A stretch of DNA of 64,000 nucleotides, taken from NCBI GenBank assembly GCA_001786575.1, contig MFRW01000004.1, forward strand, positions 62,655 through 126,654. The letters are read 5' to 3'. Position numbers and translations under genes: made by a program. Source of the DNA: Candidatus Moranbacteria bacterium RIFCSPHIGHO2_01_FULL_55_24. GTDB lineage: Bacteria; Patescibacteriota; Minisyncoccia; Moranbacterales; UBA1568. The notes under the pieces were generated by a model, which was not told where the DNA came from, ran no database searches, and saw nothing but the letters and a program-made list of their open reading frames with translations. Below, one piece after another: positions 27,846 through 36,444 of this stretch (the first letter of the stretch is position 1; each line of letters begins with the position of its first letter).

Positions 27846-28865
27846 ATGCAGACCTACACTTTCCATGTGCACGGTATGCACTGTAACTCCTGCGTCGTTC
27901 TGACCGAGAGCGAACTCAAAGAACTGCCAGGAGTAGCGTATGCCAAGACTTCTCTCAAGGATCAAACCGTAAGGGTTACGGGAACATTCGAGGGAAAGAC
28001 AGAAGCCGAGCTCGCGGAAGAATTTACCGCCGCTCTCCGGCCGCATGGCTATACGCTTTCGCTTGAAAAAGAGGAGAAGAGCATTGCGTGGATCGACTTC
28101 CGCTACGCGCTGCCTCTGGCGCTGCTCCTTATGGGTATTTTCGTGCTGCTCCAGAGGCTGGGAGTAGTGAATCTGGTCACGACAGCCGATGTGAATTACG
28201 GGACAGCCTTCGTCATAGGACTCATCGCTTCAGTTTCTACCTGTATGGCAGTCGTCGGCGGGTTGGTGCTCTCGGTTTCGGCAAACTTCGCCAAGGAAGG
28301 GGAAAAGACGCGTCCGCAGATGCTCTTCCATAGCGGACGTCTCGTCGCTTTCTTTTTTCTCGGCGGGGCTATCGGGAGTCTCGGCGCGGTTTTCCAGCTG
28401 GGTACCGGCGGCACTTTCATTCTCGGATTTCTCGTGAGCATCGTGCTGCTTATTCTCGGTATCAATCTCCTTGATGTTTTCCCCGGGTTGAAGCGCTGGC
28501 AGTTGGCGCTTCCGGCTTCTCTGGGAATCCGGATGCACGGCTTGAAGAATTTCAATCATCGTTTCACTCCTTTTCTCCTCGGCGTCGCGACTTTCTTCCT
28601 TCCCTGCGGGTTTACCCAGTCCATGCAGCTTTACACGCTGACCACAGGGAGCTTCTGGGCAGGCGCGACGCTCATGACGGCATTCGCTCTCGGAACGCTG
28701 CCGGTTCTCGCTCTTTTGAGCTTCAGTTCGCTCGCCATCCACGAGAAAGCCCAGTCGGGGATCTTCTTCAAGACGGCGGGACTGGTGGTCATCATGTTCG
28801 GACTGTTCAATCTCATCAATAGCCTGGTGGTGATAGGAGTGATCCGTCCGGTATTCAATTTCTAA
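27846..28865 (+). CDS. HMA (heavy-metal-associated) domain fused to DsbD_2/TauE-like polytopic membrane domain
   Basis: N-terminal GMHCNSCV ferredoxin-like HMA fold, then ~6-8 TM helices. Starts 5 nt after the copA stop. Confidence 0.6.
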   Translation: MQTYTFHVHGMHCNSCVVLTESELKELPGVAYAKTSLKDQTVRVTGTFEGKTEAELAEEFTAALRPHGYTLSLEKEEKSIAWIDFRYALPLALLLMGIFVLLQRLGVVNLVTTADVNYGTAFVIGLIASVSTCMAVVGGLVLSVSANFAKEGEKTRPQMLFHSGRLVAFFFLGGAIGSLGAVFQLGTGGTFILGFLVSIVLLILGINLLDVFPGLKRWQLALPASLGIRMHGLKNFNHRFTPFLLGVATFFLPCGFTQSMQLYTLTTGSFWAGATLMTAFALGTLPVLALLSFSSLAIHEKAQSGIFFKTAGLVVIMFGLFNLINSLVVIGVIRPVFNF

Positions 28866-28879
28866 AAGAGAAAAGGGGT

Positions 28880-29278
28880 ATGAAAATAATCATAGGATTC
28901 ATCATAAGCGTCGCGCTGGTTATCGGCGGCTTTTGGTATCTCTCGTCTCGCACGTCCGCTCCGGCAGTACTGACTGAAGAGAATGTTCCGAACGTGAGCA
29001 TAGTAGATGGCAAGCAGATCATCCGGCTTACCGCCAAGGGTGGCTACTTTCCCCTCAAGAGCACGGCCAAGGCGGGCATCCCTACGGTTCTCCAGGTAAG
29101 CACGAACGGCACTTTCGACTGTTCCTCGTCGCTTCGGATTCCCGAAAAGAACATCACGAAGAATCTTCCGCCCACCGGCGTGACGGAAGTAGATCTCGGG
29201 GTTCCGGAAGCCGGACTCTTCCAAGGGACCTGCAGCATGGGGATGTATCCCTTCGAGATAGATTTTCAAGGTTCATAG
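28880..29278 (+). CDS. membrane-anchored small protein, tentatively cupredoxin-like (degenerate metal site CSMGM)
   Basis: TM anchor plus a ~100-aa beta-rich domain ending GLFQGTCSMGMYPFEIDF. This parallels the C-terminal ligand loop of the next gene but lacks the His ligands. Confidence 0.3.
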   Translation: MKIIIGFIISVALVIGGFWYLSSRTSAPAVLTEENVPNVSIVDGKQIIRLTAKGGYFPLKSTAKAGIPTVLQVSTNGTFDCSSSLRIPEKNITKNLPPTGVTEVDLGVPEAGLFQGTCSMGMYPFEIDFQGS

Positions 29279-29285
29279 TCCGCAT

Positions 29286-29819
29286 ATGTGGCGCTGGATC
29301 GTTTTCGGATTGATATTCCTTGGAGCACTCGAGCTTGTCGCTTGGCAGGCTTGGCAGTTTTCGCAAGCTCCACCCAGCGAGGAACGATCTTCGGAAGAAA
29401 CCGCCGCAGAGCTTCCTCGAGAGAGCACACTGGCTGATTCTTCCCGAGAGCCGGAGCCGGAAGAGCGCCAAGAACCCGAAGAGACCCCACAAGAAGCCTC
29501 GCCGATGAGTTATCCCATTATCACGCTGGAGGAAAAGAACGGCAGGACGGAACGTACCATACATATGGGAGTGCGGCAGTGGGCCTGGGAGCCATCGACC
29601 ATCCGCGCGAAGCAGGGGGAACTGGTGCGGCTCGTGATCCACAATGCCGATGTCAGGCACCCGCTTGTCATCCCCGACCTGGGGTTAGAGGCCGATGTCC
29701 CTCCCGAAGGGGCAGTCGTAGAGTTCGTAGCGAGCCGGAAAGGAACGTTCGATTTCCTCTGCGGCGCGTACTGCGGAGTAGGGCACGCGGAAATGCAGGG
29801 GCATCTGATCGTCGATTAG
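29286..29819 (+). CDS. membrane-anchored cupredoxin protein with CuA-type (COX2-like) ligand motif
   Basis: HNADVRH ... FLCGAYCGVGHAEMQGHL gives the H...C-x3-C-x3-H-x2-M CuA pattern. TM anchor plus acidic linker. Confidence 0.65.
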   Translation: MWRWIVFGLIFLGALELVAWQAWQFSQAPPSEERSSEETAAELPRESTLADSSREPEPEERQEPEETPQEASPMSYPIITLEEKNGRTERTIHMGVRQWAWEPSTIRAKQGELVRLVIHNADVRHPLVIPDLGLEADVPPEGAVVEFVASRKGTFDFLCGAYCGVGHAEMQGHLIVD

Positions 29820-29833
29820 GGGAGGAAAGCATG

Positions 29834-29861
29834 AAAAAACACCCTCGCGAGGGTGTTTTTA
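29834..29861. terminator. bidirectional rho-independent terminator
   Basis: AAAAAACACCCTCGCGAGGGTGTTTTT. Confidence 0.6.
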
Positions 29862-29878
29862 GTTTCTTCCCGGAAGAA

Positions 29879-30043
29879 CTACTTCTTCCCGAGGATCTTG
29901 AACATCTTGGTGCCGCACACGCCGCACGTACCCTTCTTGGCCAGGCGCCCGTTCTTCATCTCCACCTCTTCGGGTTCCTGCATCTCTCTCTTCTCCTTGC
30001 ACTTTACGCAGTATGCGATTTCTGCGACTTGCGGCTCATTCAT
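29879..30043 (-). CDS. small zinc-ribbon protein (54 aa, CxxC...CxxC)
   Basis: MNEPQVAEIAYCVKCKEKREMQEPEEVEMKNGRLAKKGTCGVCGTKMFKILGKK. Not in the ORF track because it is under 60 aa. Translated by hand from the minus strand. Confidence 0.45.
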   Translation of the reverse strand: MNEPQVAEIAYCVKCKEKREMQEPEEVEMKNGRLAKKGTCGVCGTKMFKILGKK

Positions 30044-30196
30044 ACTTTTGAGCTAATAATTACGCGCCCTTATTATACATCATAATAGGGGTTTTTGGTC
30101 TATCCAGGCATTTTCGCTTGCGAGAGGCCACATTGGCAAATTAAGAGGCTTTTTCCGGTCATGTATACTAGAGAGGTAATCCTTGTAAGGAAAAGT

Positions 30197-30634
30197 ATGG
30201 GAAATATGGAAAAGCCGGTCCTCCTCTATGTGCTTATCGGTCTCGCTTTAGGCTCGATCGCGACCAGTCTCGTGTTCCTCAATGCGCCACAGGCCCAGGA
30301 AAACGTGGGAGAGATAGAGCGCCAGGCCAAGCTCGAAGCCGAGCATGACATGGGAGCCATGACGATGGATGACATGACGGAAATTCTGAAGGGCAAGACG
30401 GGCGATGCCTATGACAAAGCTTTCATCGAGATGATGATTGCGCATCACGAAGGCGCGGTGGAGATGGCGGAACTTACTGCGAGCCGCTCTGTGCACGACG
30501 AGATCAAGCAGTTGAGCCAAGCGATCATCGCGGCCCAGACCAAGGAAATAGCCGAGATGAAAGCCTGGTACCAGGCTTGGGGCTACGGAGAGAACGGGGC
30601 TCCGATCGAGGATGGTATGATGATGGGCCACTAG
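30197..30634 (+). CDS. DUF305 family protein (second copy)
   Basis: FIEMMIAHHEGAVEMAE motif with N-terminal TM. RBS AAGGAAAAG upstream of ATG 30197. Confidence 0.7.
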   Translation: MGNMEKPVLLYVLIGLALGSIATSLVFLNAPQAQENVGEIERQAKLEAEHDMGAMTMDDMTEILKGKTGDAYDKAFIEMMIAHHEGAVEMAELTASRSVHDEIKQLSQAIIAAQTKEIAEMKAWYQAWGYGENGAPIEDGMMMGH

Positions 30635-30745
30635 GCAGAATTGGCGGGGGAGTCGCTAGAGGACTTGACAAAAGAGCCTTTTTCTGGGAGTATAGCAAGA
30701 CCTTAAAAGGTCTGTGTTGGTTCTTTGCAAATAGGGAGAAAGAGC

Positions 30746-31624
30746 ATGAAGTCCAGTTTCAAAGCGATCGGATTGTCGATTGCTGCACTTTTGGGGGCCT
30801 CTGCCCTGGCCGCACCGGCCTTTGCAGCGCCTACCATCGATGTGGCGCCTTGGCTGGCGCCGAACGTTTACGGCTCGCCGTCATGGGAGCAGTGGCGCGA
30901 CAATGCACTTGAAGCGGCATTCCAGGGTGATTTCGAGCATGGGACGCCGGGCACTCCGTTCTTCGCCCAAGCCAATGCGAACATCACCCCGGGAGATATT
31001 ACCGTTTCCGGATTCGCGTCCCGCAAAGGCAAGGCTGATCCGGGCACGGAGTTCGGAGCGGCCTATGCGAACGAACTCGGTACGCGCGGCCATTTCGGCT
31101 TGCGGATCGATGGGATGGGGGACCAATTCTCCATTTCGCAGCTCGGTTTCGGAGCGAATTCCGACGACCCCACCCAGACGCTTGCTTTCTACTATCTCCC
31201 GGGCTCCTACAATTACAATGATCGCTACAAGGGCGTTCTGAAAGGGAGTGACGGGATTCTCTGGACCGCGGACGATACCTTCATCACTGGAGGGGCGAAC
31301 AACCAGTTCGTCGACGGCCTCATCGGCGTTGGTTCCGGGAACGCGTATGCCGCCTATTGTGTGGGATGCACCATTCCGCAGCAGCAAGCGGCTCTCGACG
31401 ATGTCACCTCATGGGAAGATTTCCCGACCAAGTTCTGGGGTGAATATTATCTGTTCGACTCCGTGAACGACAAGGCCCTCGCCACCGGCCGTGCTGACTT
31501 CTTCATCAGCAGTCCGACGGCGGCGATTCCAGAGCCGGCCAGCTGGGCGATGATGCTTAGCGGCTTCATGGTTCTGGGCGCATCCGTGCGTCGGAACAAG
31601 AGACTTGCTTCAGTCGTTGCCTAG
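30746..31624 (+). CDS. secreted protein with PEP-CTERM-like C-terminal sorting signal
   Basis: Signal peptide. C-terminus ...AIPEPASWAMMLSGFMVLGASVRRNKR is PEP, then a hydrophobic helix, then an Arg/Lys cluster. RBS AGGGAGAAAGAG. Confidence 0.6.
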   Translation: MKSSFKAIGLSIAALLGASALAAPAFAAPTIDVAPWLAPNVYGSPSWEQWRDNALEAAFQGDFEHGTPGTPFFAQANANITPGDITVSGFASRKGKADPGTEFGAAYANELGTRGHFGLRIDGMGDQFSISQLGFGANSDDPTQTLAFYYLPGSYNYNDRYKGVLKGSDGILWTADDTFITGGANNQFVDGLIGVGSGNAYAAYCVGCTIPQQQAALDDVTSWEDFPTKFWGEYYLFDSVNDKALATGRADFFISSPTAAIPEPASWAMMLSGFMVLGASVRRNKRLASVVA

Positions 31625-31728
31625 GAATATCCGGGCAGACCATCAAACGCCATCCTCAATATTATTTTGAGGATGGCGTTTTCTTTTTTGTCCGAATTTC
31701 CCTCGTCCCAGTTCACAGACCGGGGAAA

Positions 31729-32373
31729 ATGAAGGATACTGGAAGCATGTTCGGATTCACCCAGTCGGAATCAAGCGCGCTCAAGCGTCTTTCTACTCCC
31801 CAGAAGATCCAGGATTTCCTGGACCAGCTCCCGCTGAACCATGAGAAGCAGGGCGACACGTACATGTCGCCGCGCCGGGTCTTGCGCGAAGAGAAGGCAC
31901 ACTGCTTCGAAGGCGCGCTTCTCGCCGCCGCCGCACTCTCCCTCCAGGGCCGGTCGGCGCTCATCATGGACCTCACGAGCGCGCGCGGGGATGATGACCA
32001 TGTCATTGCGCTTTTCAAGGAGAACGGCTACTGGGGAGCCATCAGCAAGACCAATCACGCCGTGCTCCGGTACCGCGACCCCATCTACCGCACGCTCCGA
32101 GAGCTCGCCCTTTCCTATTTTCATGAATACTTCCTGAATACGGACGGCAAGAAGACGCTCAAGAGCTATTCCCGTCCGCTCGACCTCTTGCGCTTCGGGG
32201 AGGCGTGGGCGACGGCCGAGGAAGACCTCTGGGATATCGCGCTCGCCCTAGACGACCTGCCGCACTACGCGCTGGTCCCGGAAGCGAACCGGAGGAAGCT
32301 CCGGCCTGCGAGCTGGATCGAGCGCGAGGCGGGGGAGATAGTAGAATGGAAAAAAGGGGATAAACGCACATAA
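31729..32373 (+). CDS. hypothetical protein (possible papain/transglutaminase-like Cys-His fold)
   Basis: Conserved-looking Cys (EEKAHCFEGALLAAAA) and His (DDDHVIALF). No firm family call. Confidence 0.35.
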   Translation: MKDTGSMFGFTQSESSALKRLSTPQKIQDFLDQLPLNHEKQGDTYMSPRRVLREEKAHCFEGALLAAAALSLQGRSALIMDLTSARGDDDHVIALFKENGYWGAISKTNHAVLRYRDPIYRTLRELALSYFHEYFLNTDGKKTLKSYSRPLDLLRFGEAWATAEEDLWDIALALDDLPHYALVPEANRRKLRPASWIEREAGEIVEWKKGDKRT

Positions 32374-32383
32374 AGAAAACACT

Positions 32384-33085
32384 ATGCCATACGGACGCCA
32401 CGAAGAATTGGTCGCATCGTTGAATGACGGAGAAACATTTGCCGCATACTCGGCAGTCGGCGCGGTTTTCCAGGTCGGCTTTGTCCCGAAAGTGATCGGG
32501 AAGTCCCTGGTCTTCCTCGGGAACACGTTTTATGGCAAAGAGCCCTCCTATGGGAAGTTCAAAGCGGTCGAAGTGATCGCCCGCATCCCGTACCAATCCT
32601 GGGAACTGGTGAGCTATATGCTCCTCACCATGTTCTACTCGGACGAGAAGAAAGCTATCGAGCTCTCCAAGACAGCGCGCTTCGGAAGCGCCGCCCAGGA
32701 CAACGAGACCATGCACGTGGTGGTCTTCAGCCAGCTTGCCAAGAAATACGGCCAGAATAGTTTTTTCTTTCACACGCTCGTCCCGCTCGGCTTCTCGTTC
32801 TTCTACTTCACTTCGTCTTTTCTGCTCTACCTCTTCAGTCCCCGGCGCGCGTTCGAGCTCAACTATATGTTCGAAAGCCATGCCTTCCAGCAGTACAGCC
32901 GCTTCCTGGAGCTGTATGGAGACGAGCTCCGGCACAAGCCGGTCATGATCGACTTCCTGGATTTCTACGGACGCCATGCCAAGAGCGAGTATGAACTCTT
33001 CCAGTCGATCCGGAATGACGAGATCATCCACCGGAACCGCTCCATGGAGCGGGCGATCGAGTGCACGCGCAAAGCCTCTTCTTGA
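32384..33085 (+). CDS. alternative oxidase (AOX/PTOX)-like di-iron carboxylate membrane protein
   Basis: Four AOX iron-ligand motifs in order: EVIARIPY, NETMHV (NERMHL-like), FESHAFQ (E..H), RNDEIIHRN (RADE..H). Confidence 0.65.
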   Translation: MPYGRHEELVASLNDGETFAAYSAVGAVFQVGFVPKVIGKSLVFLGNTFYGKEPSYGKFKAVEVIARIPYQSWELVSYMLLTMFYSDEKKAIELSKTARFGSAAQDNETMHVVVFSQLAKKYGQNSFFFHTLVPLGFSFFYFTSSFLLYLFSPRRAFELNYMFESHAFQQYSRFLELYGDELRHKPVMIDFLDFYGRHAKSEYELFQSIRNDEIIHRNRSMERAIECTRKASS

Positions 33086-33182
33086 GCGGCTGACCCTTGA
33101 TTTTTCCAGGAATCCTGCTATACTCCTTTTTGCCGATTGCCCCTCTAGGCGGGGCAATTTTTTCTTCATCAAACTGCCTGCT

Positions 33183-33596
33183 ATGCCAGCAAAGCACAAG
33201 CCCTACCGCGTTCGCCGTTCGAGTGCAGGTCTCGGCCTCTTCGCCGAAATCCCGTTCAAGAAAGGCCAGACCATCATCGAATACATCGGCCGCCGCATCT
33301 CGACCAAGGAAAACGCCGACAACAAATACATCTTCAACGTGAACTCCAGGATCGACATCGACGGGAGCCCGCGCTGGAACACCGCGCGCTACGTGAACCA
33401 CAGCTGCCGCCCGAACTGCGAAGCCATCAACCGCCGGGGACGCATCTTCATCGTCGCCAAGAGAAACATTAAGCCAGGGGAAGAACTAACCTACCATTAT
33501 GGCAAAGACTACTTCAAGAGCGAGTACATCCAAAAGATGGGCTGCCGCTGCGCCAAGTGCCAAGAAGAGCGCCAAGCCGCACGCAAAAAAAATTAG
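33183..33596 (+). CDS. SET-domain protein (putative protein lysine methyltransferase)
   Basis: NHSCRPNCEA and ELTYHYG motifs plus a post-SET Cys cluster (CRCAKC). Confidence 0.75.
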   Translation: MPAKHKPYRVRRSSAGLGLFAEIPFKKGQTIIEYIGRRISTKENADNKYIFNVNSRIDIDGSPRWNTARYVNHSCRPNCEAINRRGRIFIVAKRNIKPGEELTYHYGKDYFKSEYIQKMGCRCAKCQEERQAARKKN

Positions 33597-33669
33597 CCAG
33601 AATCCCAATTACAAGCGCCATTACTCTGGCAAGCCCGCGAAGACCAATAACGAGCGGGAGGATTTTCCG

Positions 33670-34365
33670 ATGCGTCTGAACCGCTTTCTGGCGCTCCGAG
33701 GCATCGCTACCCGTCGTGACGTCGACAAGATGATCGAGTCGGGCCGCGTCTACCTGAACGGCCAAGTGGCTAAACTGGGGGATCGCGTCGCTCATGCCGA
33801 TGAGAACATCGAGATTCATGAGGCGCGCTTCCGCGAGAACAAGGAACTGCGCTACGTGGCCTACTACAAGCCTCGCGGTATCATCACCCATACGCCGCAA
33901 GCGGGGGAACAGGACATCCAGGCCGTTTCCGGCTATCCGGATCTTTCCCCTCTGGGCCGCCTCGACAAGGACTCCGAAGGCCTTATCATCCTCACGAATG
34001 ACGGGCGCGTCACCGAGCGGCTGCTTCATCCGCGTTTCGAGCACGAGAAGGAGTATATCGTTTCCGTGAATGGAAAGGTGACGGGCCGAGTCCGCGACAC
34101 CCTCTTGCGCGGCGTCCTAAGCGAAGGCGAAAAGCTCTCTGCCAAGAAAGTCGATATCCTCGACCCTGCGACCCTCTCGATCATTCTGACGGAAGGCAAG
34201 AAGCATCAGGTGCGCCGCATGCTCGAAGCGGCCGATCTCCATGTCACGCGGCTGGTACGGGTGCGCATCATGAACATTCACCTGGGGAAGCTCCAGCCCG
34301 GCCAGGCCCGCGAGCTTCTGGGTCCTGCCCGCAAGTCTTTCTTGCGAGACCTGGGACTGAAGTAG
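33670..34365 (+). CDS. pseudouridine synthase, RsuA/RluB family (S4 domain + PseudoU_synth_2)
   Basis: S4 (MRLNRFLALRGIATRRDVDKMIESGRVYLNG). Catalytic GRLDKDSEGLIILTND. RBS GGGAGGA. Confidence 0.85.
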   Translation: MRLNRFLALRGIATRRDVDKMIESGRVYLNGQVAKLGDRVAHADENIEIHEARFRENKELRYVAYYKPRGIITHTPQAGEQDIQAVSGYPDLSPLGRLDKDSEGLIILTNDGRVTERLLHPRFEHEKEYIVSVNGKVTGRVRDTLLRGVLSEGEKLSAKKVDILDPATLSIILTEGKKHQVRRMLEAADLHVTRLVRVRIMNIHLGKLQPGQARELLGPARKSFLRDLGLK

Positions 34366-34372
34366 GCAAAGG

Positions 34373-34401
34373 GTTGATATAAAGCCAAAAACGTGCTATA
34401 C
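34373..34401 (+). promoter_or_regulatory. candidate promoter TTGATA-17nt-TATACT
   Basis: Shares the spacer core aaagccaaaaa.c.tgc with the promoter at 35105..35133. Confidence 0.35.
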
Positions 34402-34467
34402 TGTATGTAGAAATGAAGAAAGCGGGTGCCTCTCTGGTGCCCGCTTTTTCTTTATCTAAAGCAAAAT

Positions 34468-35097
34468 ATGACATACAAAGAGCGCGTCCAAAACCTCAAG
34501 AAGCACCTCGATCGGATGATACTCGAACTTCCGGAGCCGAGCCATTTCGAGCTGTCGCAGAATGCTTTCTACACGACCTTCCTCTTCGTGAGCATGCTGG
34601 TGACCGGACTCCTTTTCGCTGCGAGCATGAGCGTGGAAGAGTTGTCCAAGCCGGAGCCGCAGGTGTCGGTAGAAGAGATGCGTCTCGAACACGACGTGCG
34701 CAAGATGGTCGCAGGCTATCCGATCGAACGCATGATGCCGTACATCGTGAAGCAGGACAAGACGACCGCGGCGTTCCTCGTGGGCATCGCGAAGAAAGAA
34801 AGCAACTGGGGCAAGCGCATCCCGACCCAGAACGGGCGAGACTGCTACAACTACTGGGGCTACCGCGGAGCCGGGAGCCGCGGCAAGGCGATGGGGCACG
34901 GCTGCTTCGGCAGCGAGCAGGAAGCCATCGAGACGGTATCCAAGCGCCTCGACACGCTCATAGGCGACTATCGCTTCGACACGCCGGAAGAGCTTGTCGT
35001 CTGGAAATGCGGCTGGACCTGCTCTGGCCACAGTGCGAAGAGCGTCGACAAGTGGATAGCCGACGTGGGCTACTATGCGAACCAGATCAAGAACTGA
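34468..35097 (+). CDS. membrane-anchored putative peptidoglycan hydrolase (glucosaminidase/FlgJ-like domain)
   Basis: FLVGIAKKESNWGKR...NYWGYRG resembles the Glucosaminidase-domain ESGWGK motif. N-terminal TM. Confidence 0.4.
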   Translation: MTYKERVQNLKKHLDRMILELPEPSHFELSQNAFYTTFLFVSMLVTGLLFAASMSVEELSKPEPQVSVEEMRLEHDVRKMVAGYPIERMMPYIVKQDKTTAAFLVGIAKKESNWGKRIPTQNGRDCYNYWGYRGAGSRGKAMGHGCFGSEQEAIETVSKRLDTLIGDYRFDTPEELVVWKCGWTCSGHSAKSVDKWIADVGYYANQIKN

Positions 35098-35104
35098 AAA
35101 TCCC

Positions 35105-35133
35105 TTTACAAAAGCCAAAAAACCTGCTATAAT
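35105..35133 (+). promoter_or_regulatory. consensus-like promoter TTTACA-17nt-TATAAT
   Basis: Perfect -10 with a 17-nt spacer, upstream of the CAP-domain gene. Confidence 0.4.
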
Positions 35134-35218
35134 AGATTGGTAAAGGCTTGAAAAGGCCGAAACACATGGCAGAACGGGTGCACAACGCCCGTTCTGTTTT
35201 TCTTTCCAAGTGCCGATT

Positions 35219-36139
35219 ATGGCCAAAAATCAAGAACAACACACAAAACAAGAAGCTACCGTCTATCATGGAGCCATCCGTCCGGCGCTCCTTTTCGCGT
35301 TGTTTTCCTTTACCATCGTTTCGTTCGCGCATGCCGGGGACATGACCAGCTCCAAGGTGATTTCGCTTACCAACGTCTCGCGGGCCGATGCCGGCCTCCC
35401 GGCGCTTACGGAAAACGAGAAGCTTACCCGGGCAGCCAAAGCCAAGGCGGAAGACATGATCAAGAACGACTACTTCGCGCACACTTCGCCCAAGGGCGTC
35501 GCCCCGTGGCACTGGATCAAGCAGACGGGCTATGAATACAAATTCGCCGGCGAGAACCTGGCGATCAACTTCGACAGCGCCAAAGAGCAGCACCAGGCCT
35601 GGATGAAGAGCGCGACTCACAAAGCGAATATTCTGAACACGCACTACCAGGAAATCGGCATCGCAGTCGCCGAAGGGAAGATCGACGGCAAGAACGTGAT
35701 CGTGACCGTGCAGTTCTTCGGGACGCCGCTTATGCCGATCGTTGCCAAGAAACCGGCCACCGCGGAAACTCCGGCTGCTCTGCCGGCGAAGACTCCGGTA
35801 GCGGTGCAGGGAGTGGAGACCGAGATGTCCGCGCCGGCCGCGCCTCAAAAGGCGGAACCGGTGATGGTTTCGGATACGAATTTCTCTGCAGCACCCGCGA
35901 ATCAGTCAGCGAATGCTACCCAGGCGTCTCTGGGACGGCTGGATATGGCTTGGATCGGGTTTATCCTTCTCTTGGAACTCTTGCTCATCGTCGCTCCCGT
36001 AGCCTTCCTCTGGAAGACAGGGGAGCAGCTGGCCCGCATTGCGAGCGCGGCAAGCCGCATCCAGGCCCCAATCAAGCACTTTTTCCCGGGAGAAGGGCTC
36101 CATTCGCATACGCTCCACGCCAAAGGCGGGCATATATAA
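35219..36139 (+). CDS. CAP/SCP (PR-1-like, YkwD-type) domain secreted protein with C-terminal membrane segment
   Basis: CAP motifs (YFAHTSPKG, GENLA, HYQEIGIAV...VQFFG). Confidence 0.7.
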   Translation: MAKNQEQHTKQEATVYHGAIRPALLFALFSFTIVSFAHAGDMTSSKVISLTNVSRADAGLPALTENEKLTRAAKAKAEDMIKNDYFAHTSPKGVAPWHWIKQTGYEYKFAGENLAINFDSAKEQHQAWMKSATHKANILNTHYQEIGIAVAEGKIDGKNVIVTVQFFGTPLMPIVAKKPATAETPAALPAKTPVAVQGVETEMSAPAAPQKAEPVMVSDTNFSAAPANQSANATQASLGRLDMAWIGFILLLELLLIVAPVAFLWKTGEQLARIASAASRIQAPIKHFFPGEGLHSHTLHAKGGHI

Positions 36140-36173
36140 CCAAAAAATGCTTATCTAAGGCTTTAAGAGGGGG

Positions 36174-36200
36174 AAACGAGGCATTGGCCTCGTTTTTTTG
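36174..36200 (+). terminator. rho-independent terminator
   Basis: GAAACGAGGCATTGGCCTCGTTTTTTTG. Confidence 0.5.
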
Positions 36201-36444
36201 TACCTGGAGAGCTCTTGACAAAACGAAAAAAGTTCCTTGACAGGAGAAAGGCCCAGGAATAGGCTTAAGGTATTCGGGTGAGAAAGTCTCTTTATATTAC
36301 CGTGAAAAAATAAAAAGCTTTACAAAAGCATCTCTAAAAGTCATTTCTTCCGTTTTCTGCTTCTCTCTATACGTCACGTCTGTATGATTGTTCTGAAGCG
36401 AATCAATGTGTCCATTAGCTAATTGACTTTTATTTTTTGAGATC

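Noticed and set aside
32159-33199. 346-aa minus-strand ORF
   Set aside because: Antisense to the AOX-like and SET genes, which both have strong motif support.
34413-35226. ORFs 34413..35132 (+, other frame) and 34456..35226 (-)
   Set aside because: Arg-rich alternative-frame and antisense shadows of the 34468..35097 gene.
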